Positions 53,849-64,000 of a stretch of DNA of 64,000 bases are shown one piece after another; positions within the stretch are counted from its first letter, which is position 1, and each line of letters begins with the position of its first letter. The DNA comes from the human T2T-CHM13v2.0 reference genome, Homo sapiens. The notes below the pieces were generated by a model. The model was not told the origin of the DNA, made no database searches, and saw nothing but the letters and a program-made list of their open reading frames with translations. A program made the translations under genes and the position numbers. Location of the stretch: the NCBI RefSeq assembly GCF_009914755.1, contig NC_060937.1. One strand, given 5' to 3'.

Positions 53849-56810
53849 GTAAATGAAAACCTCAGCCCATTCTTACACTAAATAACTCATTGCTTTCTCT
53901 TGAGCCTTTTAAGTGTATGCATTATCAATGTGCACATCCTTGTCAGTTCTGCTGAGCCGAAATCCTGGCATCTACAGCTAGGGGAGGCCAGAGTTTGTAG
54001 CTTTGTTTTCAGTGAATCAGCTAAGTCCGTGTTATCAGTAGTGGATATTCTATCTTCGTTTGAATCCGAGCAAAGAAAAAACAGGTGGTGGGAGCATGTA
54101 AGCGGGGAAGAAATATTCTATTGATTTTTTTTTACCTAAGGAAGATAAAATAGCTTTGGCCCCAGTGGTTCCTGCTGCTCGGCTGAGTTAAGGGGCAGCC
54201 TGCCTCTGGAAAAGTGACTCCTTTCTGAGACATCCTCATTTGATTTCTGAGTCTGGTAGGTTCTGTGTGTTTACTCACATGACAGAGTGGTCATTTCAAG
54301 GCTTGCATGAGTGGTCAGGAGTTACTTTTTTAAAAAGTCTTTTGAGAAAGCATTCTGCTTATATTACCAATTTTAATTTGTTATTAGTTTATTCACAAAA
54401 GTAAATTATAGCAATGTACAAAATAATGGTTGCTTTTGAAAAGAAAGTACTCTGTATAGAAAAATTTGATTCTTCTGATTTCTCCATTTATTTGAAGTTC
54501 TGTTGCTAATCTTCCTTCTTTTAGGTCTTTCTTTGTTTTAATATTTTTGACTCTTTGGTATTTAGTCTACACTTACTACTGATGCTTTTAAGCAAGTGCT
54601 AATAAAGAATTCAGACGCTTTTAAATAAGAACTGGTAGAGAACTCAGATGTTCTTGAGTTCTCCAGTAAAGCATTTTGACAACAGTAGAGGTTATACATG
54701 TGTATATTTTGCAAAAAGGCACCCATAGGAAAAACAAAGATGATTCTTTAATAAAGGAAATGTTTTTCATTCTTGGGGCAGGTTGATTGATGGGTAACAA
54801 GTGGCCAGGTGTAATGGTTTCCTGGCAGTTTGAATGGGCCATAGAAGAAAAGCCATTTGAGAAAGTGCTTGAGTGTGACAAGGGTTAGTGAGTGTTTTAT
54901 GGAGAGCCAAATTTTACATGAAATAAAACTCAAATGGCTGGTCTTCTCATGTTTGGAGCTAAGCAAATGTGATCAGTTCTGGGCTGAGGCCCTTGGCTGG
55001 GTTTTCCTTTCCACGGTCTCAGGTGTGTCCTGGGAGGAATGGAGGTGAGTCCAGGCATACCTCATCTGTGCCTTCAGTGACAACCCACCAGGAGACTTAT
55101 TTTACACGCTGAGGACCTCATGTTGAGCTGCAGACTGTCTCCTAATCCTCACAGTCAGTTTTACACAGTTTAAAAGCATGGCATAATTGAGCAAATCAAA
55201 AGTTGAATGGATCTTCAGAGAATAATATTCTTTTGAATGTATAACTTGCAATTGTAGAATTATTTTGGTGACTTTTTTATTCTTTTTATAGAGTCCAAAC
55301 TCAACTTATTACAGTTAGGGTTTACATTGTACTGGGGCTGTTAAACCATTTCACATTCTTTGTAGCAGTGAAAAATAAATGGAGCTTTTATTTTGAATAG
55401 CAGAAAACAAAGTTAATTTCCTTTCCAAGCTTCCAGCCTTTCTATAATGCTGACTGACCAATGTGGAAATTGTTCTTGTTGTTGAAAGCTCTATGGAGTT
55501 TGGTTGCTGTAAATAATGCTGTTTACCTTCAGGATCATCAAGTGACATGTTGGAACTTTAAAAACTTGCATTATGTATGGAAATTTATTTCATTTTATTT
55601 AATAATTTTAAAATAGTATATATGCTTAGGTGTATTTTTCACATTTTCTGGAAAGTAATATATACAGTAATCTTAACTGGAAAGCATATAGTTTTAAAAG
55701 AAACCACTTTTGATCGAGTAGCTTTAGAATGCTTAAAGCCAATTAATTTTTATTTTGAAAGTATGTGGATTTATGTGATTTCTGTGTTATAAATAAAAAC
55801 AGACTGCTTAAATTAGCAAGTTCAAATAAGAACTTAGATTCTTAAAGTAGGCTGGCAGTTTCTTTCATTTCTTTCTGTGTTTTCCTCCCGAACAAAGACA
55901 ACTGCACACACCCAAATATTTATATCTAGAACTATATCCATTTATTTTACCGGCCCTGCCTTATGATTGAATAAAAAATAATATAGATATTTCCTAAATA
56001 TGAAATTGCCATATGGATATTTAGTGCAAAAATAAGAGTTGTTATCATTTCATAAGTGACCAACTCAGAAGTTCTTGAAATTGATTGATCTCTGTTGATT
56101 AATTGGATTTGTTGTTAAATAGACTGTACTAGTCTCCAACATTTTTTGTTTTTTGTTTTTTAACTGAGCAATATTGAAAACAGTATTTAGAGGTATGTCC
56201 AGGATTGAGAAAAGAATTAGCTAGATTCAGCTATCTATAAAGCATGCCAATAGACCTACAGGTGTCTTTAAAAAGAAATTTGACATTGCTTTGGAGAAAA
56301 AAAATCACTAATGGTAAATGATGATTCTATAATAGTTTTATTTCTAAATAATAGACATATTTACGCATATTAAGTTTTATTCTATGTCACCAATTTTTTT
56401 GTGTGTGAATCATATTTTGTTAGTTTTTTAGAAAGTCTTTGAGGAACGTATCTGGCAGGTCTTTTGCTTTTTATCTACCTAACCTATGGGTACTCTTTCT
56501 TTCCTCTGACCTGATTCATTAGTACTCTAAGTCTGTGGGCTTGCAGAACTGTTAAGATTAACAAATATGAACTGCATGCAAAGTGTATGATTGATGGGTA
56601 CTAACACTCAGTTTTTATCATTCTTTTTATTCCATGCACCATCTTTCATTCTTCTCCTATATTGTGCATTTGAAATTAAACCCCATATAAATGAAATCCA
56701 CTCTTCATTTCCATGCAAACCCTATGCCATTTGTGAAATGCTGCTGCCCCTTTGGTTTTTCCTGGTCCTTGTGCAACTGTACGCGGACTGGCTCTCTGGC
56801 TCCCCTGCAG

Positions 56811-56915
56811 ACCCAGCCCTCATTCTTCCTCCTATCTCCTTCAACACACTTACACAGGCACAGACATGGGACAGCTCTAGCTACAGTGTTCCATCTGAAG
56901 GAGACAGTGACAATG
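56811..56915 (+). CDS. LRCH1: LRCH1 alternative cassette exon ~16 (105 nt, symmetric phase 1)
   Basis: cccctgcag|AC CCA GCC...GAC AAT G|gtaggt; (D)PALILPPISFNTLTQAQTWDSSSYSVPSEGDSDN. As I recall, one LRCH1 isoform runs KPRS-VFLRPQ without it. Confidence 0.85.
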
Positions 56916-59900
56916 GTAGGTGGCTTTGTACCTATTCTCCAATGTTCTCATTAATAAGCCAATGCGTATACTGAACATTCATCTCTGTGCAGCTGAAGAT
57001 AGAGTATATTCACCTGCATGCTTGGTATGAGAAATAATGTGTAAGCCTGGAAAGTGAAGTCCAGAAAAGTGCATGTGGATTGTTCTCTAGCAGTTTGTCA
57101 AACTCCAGTTTAATTAACTTGACTATTCTGGATTTGGGGAAGGCATTATAATACTTTCTTTTCTCCCCTTTTCTGCTTGGGTTTTTTGGTTTGTTTGCTT
57201 GTTTACAAATATTTGGGGTTTGCACATTTGGATTTATCTCCGCTTGTTCCTGCATCTGAACTAAATGGTTTTAGAGTTTGATATTTTACTATTTATGCTT
57301 ACTGTGTGAGATTTCTAAGGTAATTAAAATGTGCCATGGCTGATCCTAGAGTATTGCATTGAAAATAATGTTAACGTGGAGAAATTTCTGAAAATGAAGA
57401 TAAATCATTTGCCTTCTTTTTTCCAAATTATTGGCATATTTTGACTTTTGATGCCTTCTTGAGTATAGGTTCATCTTTTTGACATTCAAGGATAGTAACT
57501 TGGCCTGAGAATCAAATGTGTAAATAAAAAATCGAGGACACTCAGCTAGAGTTCATGTGGGTATCTTTTAATTTTGAATCTTATATAGCCTAAGAGATTA
57601 CAATAAAACATAATTATTTAGATCTGCACACCACCTATATCGTAACCTCCATTCTAGTCTAATTTCATCCTAGTCTCTGAAATATTCAAATTTTAAACAT
57701 TTTACTTCAGAATACAAAGTGATTGCAGTCGAGTTAAGTGAAACAGAGAATGTGATTTATAGGGAAGAGTAGTGAGGTACAGGGTATAGCCACAATGCAA
57801 ACACAATGGAAAGATACGTTTTCTGATAATATTTATCTTTTCATCTAAGTATGTTACATGTAATACCTGGAAAATATATGTTTAAGACACTTGCTGTGAT
57901 TTCTGGTTAAAATTCAACCAAAAATGCTTCTACAATTTCCTTATGGAGAAAGACAATGTATACTTTGGCAGAGTAGTTATAAAAAGAATTTTTAATATTT
58001 CATAGATTTCTAAATTTTTAAACGGAAAATAAATAGGATTAAAAAACAACAGTTATTAAACAAATGGCCCTCCTTATACCATCCAGTTGTAAATTTTGGA
58101 AGTTGAAGAGGGCTAAATGGAAACTTTCTTGATAAACATTTTCTTTACTTAAGTTTTTTTTTTCTAATGGAGGGGAGGCATTTTTGTTTTTCAGAAAGTA
58201 TAGCTATTTATGGGCCTAATGTTGTTTAAAGGAAATAAAGCCTAGAATGAAAGATTTATGTGTGGTTTGGTATTTCCTTAGGAATGATATCTGAAACCAA
58301 AGGCCTTTTTTTTTTAAAACTGGGAAACAATTAGTCTTCTTATGTAGCAGTAGAATTACTATCTTTATAGACGAACAGACTAAAACCAGAAAGGTGAGGT
58401 GAGCTGCCTGGGTCACACTGTGGGGTTGAGGTGGAGGTGAAGCTGCACCAGGGTTCCTAACTCTGGAATCATCTCTGCCGCATCTACATTCAGGCTGCTT
58501 TCATTTGATTAAAAATCCTTAAATTTCCACAGAAAATAATCATTGTGGAAATCTTTCTAAAAATAAAATAACCTTGCAATAGTTATTTTTTCTATGAGTA
58601 AAAATTCCAAGAATTCACATGCAGCTGTTATGCTGTACCACAATAATAATAAAGCCATCGTTTTCAATACTCACGGTTCAGTCGATCATGTCAGATGTTT
58701 GGAGGTTGTCATTTTTTCCTATTTGCAATTTGTCTCTACTATGCCCTGGGCAACAGAAAAATTTCTGTACCGAAATAGTCTTTACAAATATTTGTTTAGG
58801 TTCCCAGATCTGACTTTTATGTTTATCTTCATTCTCTTTGTTCTTAACTTTGACCTGTGATTGGAATACATTTTCTAATGTAATGCTATCTTTGTAAATA
58901 ACCTTTATAAATAAACATTATCTTATTACCAGCTCAACCTAACATAATGTAACTTGACTTTTATTTATACATTTAGTTATTATTTTTGGTAAGGTTGTCC
59001 TTTTTTTACCTTGCTCACTGTCTTGCTTTATATAAAATTATCCTTTTTTTAAAATTCTTTCAAATATCTTATTCCCATTCTATCTCATTTTAAATTCCCC
59101 ATTTCTCTAAAACTTATTCTTCAAACAGATTTTTTAAAATTGGCAACCTGGGTAGAAGGTCCTTGGGAGTTTGAGTTCTCAAAGTCCCCAAAGTTCTGCC
59201 CCATAAGGTGGATGAAGGAGGATGTGGACGTTTGTCTGTAGGTTTCTCTGGGCCCACCCCTGGAGCTGGATGGGACAGCTTTAACCTCCGTTTTTAACCT
59301 GATAGTTTAACTTCTGCTTTTCCCCCTGCTCTTGTGTCCTCTTACTGAATCTTTCCTCTTCCCTTCACTTTGAAGTTAAAAACCATTTCTATCTTCTTTG
59401 GGGTCATTTTTGCTCTTTCATTTGCAGTGAATTTGTAGGTGCTAATTTATACTTATTGAAAATTAATCTTTAAGTTATCACCAGAGAATGGATGAATGGA
59501 CCAGTTTACATTAGTCTCTGAAATAACCATGTATCTTGTACCAGTTTACAGATATTTTCCTTAATTTTTTACAGTAATCTTGCACTATAGGTATTATTTT
59601 TCCCATTAGAGAAATGAAGAAACTGAGGATATAAGAGGCTTTTTAGTGGCTCTTAACTCTGGTTTTATATTAGAATCACCTGGGCGTTTTGTAAAACTAT
59701 AGTCACTTAGGCCCCATAGTCAGAAATGCTAATTTATTTGGTGTAGCATTGAGTCTAAGCACTGGTCATTTGTTTTACTTCTTTTTATGGGATGTTATGT
59801 GGTGTTCAAGTAAGGTTGACAGTCACTGGGTTAAGTAAATTGTCTAAGACCATAGAGAAGAAATGTGAGCATTTTGAGGACACCGAATGTGTCCAGTTCA

Positions 59901-60965
59901 ATTTTAGGCACCAGAAGGGAATGAATGAATCAGCTAGTGAGAGTTCTGATTCACAGTAGCCTGGATCTAAAGCTCGTGATATTTTTTCAAAGCCAAGATA
60001 CTGCTGCCTTTGAGTTTGTATATCTTAAACATCATGTCCAGTTCAGGTTCTTAACTTCCAAGGAGAAGTTGAGAGCTACATTTTAAAACTTCATGTTTCC
60101 ACAGAGAAGAAATCTCCTCTCATTCAGTTAAATTTAGGTATAAATATTTTTCATATGAAGATGCATTTCATGCAATAATTAAATGAGAAAGTGCATTTGG
60201 GCAATTTTTAGAGCAAAGGGCTTTCTTTCTTTGCTTGACTCAAAGATGTTCTCACAACAAGTACATAAATGGTTTCTTGTACACATCCTTAAATATCTGC
60301 TGAGTGCCTATTATGTGCTACACATGATGCTCATTACTATGGATGCAGCTCTGAAAGAGACAGCCAAAATCTCTTTGCTTTCATATAACATTTATTTCAG
60401 AGTCTAATGCATTCACACCTAGAAACTAAGTTTAGGAGATTATTCATAAGAGGAAAAACTCAGGCGACTGATCATCAGAATAGAATAATCTTTGCAATGA
60501 CGTTCTCCAAACAGACTGAGCTTTAAGTGAGGGAGTGTTTGAAACGTTTGTTTCATTTACTCGTTCAACAAACTCATTCTGCCCCACTCACTGCTTTGTG
60601 GGGCAGGAATAGAGGGTACAAGTTGGAAACAGACATAAACATTTACAGATCCATAATGGAGCGAAATATCACTCTACTGTAAGATAGAAAGTGGTGAGTG
60701 CCATGGGAGAGACACAGATAAAAGAATTTTGTATGCTCACAGAAGACAGAGATTACTCCCAGCTCAGAGATGAGGATGGGGTAAAGAGTGAAAGAAAAGG
60801 CAGAAAATGATGGAAAGATCAGTGGAATTTGACCTATATCTGCAAGTATGAATTTGATATTCTACGTAAGCATTTCATTATACCCTGCAGGGTCCATGCT
60901 TATCTCTTCTGCTAAGTAAATTGCGTATATGTGCAAATCTTTTTCATTCTTTAAATGTTATTTAT

Positions 60966-61302
<337 letters not shown>

Positions 61303-61353
61303 TTAATTTAAGCAGAACTTATTTTTTTTCCTTCATCTTAAATTGCCTACCTT

Positions 61354-61668
<315 letters not shown>

Positions 61669-62577
61669 TCACCTCTTTCAACACACTCATAACACACACT
61701 CTGCTCTCTCACCCATCTTTTTTCTTATGTACACTTCAACAGTCACAGGAGCATTTGACTTGAAAAATACATGCTCACAGTGGGGGCTGCTTCTTAATAT
61801 TGTCTCATGGCCTCAAGTTAAATTTTATTCCTCTGGATTAAGTAAGGGAGCTCTTGAAATTTAGTGATATGAAATTAAGGAAAAGCAGAATAATTCTTTT
61901 GTAGATCAATTTCCTGAAGCCTGGACCCAGACCGTTCACTGGATTTATTATTTAAATAGGAATTAAAAGAAAAGAAAAAACTGTAGGTAATTTAATCAGA
62001 GGTACTTTAATGGTCCCGGTGAAGTTATTCTGTTGTAACAAACCCAGCAAAATAAGCAAGCACTTTTGTACTTGGTAGATTTATTATGAGCCTAAAGAGA
62101 TTGCCTTAAGTTCTCTTATATGTCATAGTAATGAATACATTCAGAAAACTAATAGTGATATAGTCATTATTTCTGATCATTTTATGTATTTCTGATAATT
62201 TTAAGTGTTCATTTTAAAAAATACAGTTCAATTGGTTTTTAAAACACTTTTGGTTGCCTAACATTCATAGAGCAAATGCCCACACATGCATGTTATATTT
62301 TTAAGATACAAAGGAATGCAAAATTAAAAAATGATGCCAGGAAAGTAAAACCCAGACACCATTTCGTTATCCTGATATCTCACATAGGGCTCTAATAAGG
62401 CAATGTGTTGTTGAACAAAAGCTCATGGTTCATTTAACTTCCTGATAGTTTCATATTCAGATTGAAATCTGCCAATAAAAACATATTGAAAATATTATTA
62501 GATAAGATTACCCCCAGAAAAAAGGCAAAGGAAAGTAACAGCTCCAAAGAAAACATTCGATGTGTTTAAACGGTGTT

Positions 62578-62597
62578 GAGGCGCCCCTTGCTGGCAT
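62578..62597 (-). promoter_or_regulatory. Candidate CTCF site
   Basis: Minus strand tgCCAGCAAGGGGCGCctc, one mismatch to the CCAGCAGGGGGCGC core; GC-rich and CpG-bearing in AT-rich DNA. Confidence 0.6.
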
Positions 62598-64000
62598 ATG
62601 TGTGTATTATCCAACTCTATCTGCATTTCTTGACCTTTTTTTGGTAAATTTGGTGGTGCAAATTAGTTCTATATTTTATATTTTTATATATGTCTCTTTT
62701 TTGGTGTTGCTTGAAATGGTGTAAAATGTGATTCATTCTCCAGTTTCTTCCATGCGTCTTAATTTGTCAGAGTTTTCCTCAGTTCCCTTTTCTCTGTGAA
62801 CTTTTCATCTTTCCCTGCCTGGTCACTCTGTCCTTTTACTGACCTTGGCTTTACTTTTTAAACAATTGGTTCTACGTCCTGTGAGGTTTGGGTTTTGTGG
62901 GACTTGGTGACAGCCCTCCTGTGACTGCCTTTGGTGTTCTTTGCCTGTGACTTCCCTCAGTGGCTTCCAGCAGAGGCCCCAGGCCACAAGCTGACTCCTC
63001 TCTGAGATTCCAGAAGGCGACAGGCCTTGTGTACCTTAAATCATCCTCTTTCTCCATTAACTCTCAAGTCGACGATTTAAGATATGTCAATTTTCTCAAC
63101 TTCCATAGAGCATCAGAATGTGAATTCAAGAATCTTAGAACTAATTTAGAAAGAAAATACTGAGATGTGAGAAGGAGAATGCATGTTCAAAGGCACAAAT
63201 TGAAATTAAAATATTGTAGTTAGGCGAGCACAGGACTTTTGATTACACCGAGCGGACTCAAGTCTTTGTATCCAAAGTATTCTATTTGTAAATCATATTT
63301 AATTTCTAGAAATCTGAAATATTGAAATAGCTTCTAAAGAGGTCCATAGGAAATGTATGTCAGGGTAGAATAAAAATTACACATTCTTTCTTATTCAGCA
63401 TTGTTTAAATCATCATGATTGAAACTTCTGTAACTTCAGTACACCATGCAGCCTTCTATGTGGTATGGATTTCTAACATTGGAGTTCTCTGCCCAAAATT
63501 TTCTGAGGGACTTTCCCTCCCTACCTCAATCTGAAAGTCTGTGGGATGGGGGAGCCAAGGCTCTGAACAGCTCTTTCATCCATCTTATGTGCAAGGATAA
63601 AAATCTCTAGGAAGAAAAAAAAAATCAAGTTTAAGTCTGCCCTGGGCTTTGTATCATTAAAAAGTTAATTAAAACTCTTGCTGTAGTCATTCTCCGATGC
63701 ATAGAACATTATTTACCTTCTTGATTGGTGTCTAAAAGATGTTTTCCTTCATAGGGAAGGGCATGTGTTTTCTCAGCTCATTTCAGAGGATGCCCCGCTG
63801 TTAGTTACTATTCTTGGAAGTCGTAACTTCAAGAACCTGAAGCCAGCCATGAGCCCTTCAGCTACTTCCAATCTTGCCAGCCTTCCTAAAAGGTGTCCTT
63901 GCTCATCTCCAAAGGGCTAACTTTTTAGATAGTCTGCCAGTGACAGTCTAGAAGGCAGAATGTTTCCACCACACCCTCAAATATGTAATCATCACTTAGT

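Noticed and set aside
56591-56974. 127-aa ORF spanning the cassette exon
   Set aside because: The upstream extension is explained by the AG-free (hence TAG-free) pyrimidine-rich zone; only 56811-56915 has splice signals.

Overview
This window is human/primate genomic DNA lying entirely inside one + strand gene, recognised from its spliced translation as LRCH1 (leucine-rich repeats and calponin homology domain containing 1). I traced 14 consecutive coding exons (1307 nt; exons 3-16 by my recollection of the numbering). They splice into one open frame running from the C-terminal LRRs through the Ser/acidic linker. The start codon and the CH domain lie outside the window. The rest is intron, containing Alu, L1, L2, MIR, MaLR/ERV1 solo LTRs and Tigger/Charlie DNA transposon relics. 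Almost all ORF-track entries are intronic or Alu noise. I found no evidence of a new multi-gene system. The most interesting signals are: (1) an in-frame cassette exon with a perfect TACTAAC about 205 nt upstream, a 197-nt AG-free zone and NOVA/RBFOX/MBNL-type motifs; (2) a GC-AG intron bounded by a 7-nt direct repeat; (3) a collapsed 9-bp Alu remnant next to an inverted AluY; (4) phase-0 exon blocks flanked by inverted Alus that would form stop-free circRNAs; (5) a DSGVGS degron-like motif. Repeat subfamily names come from memory of consensus sequences, not from a search.
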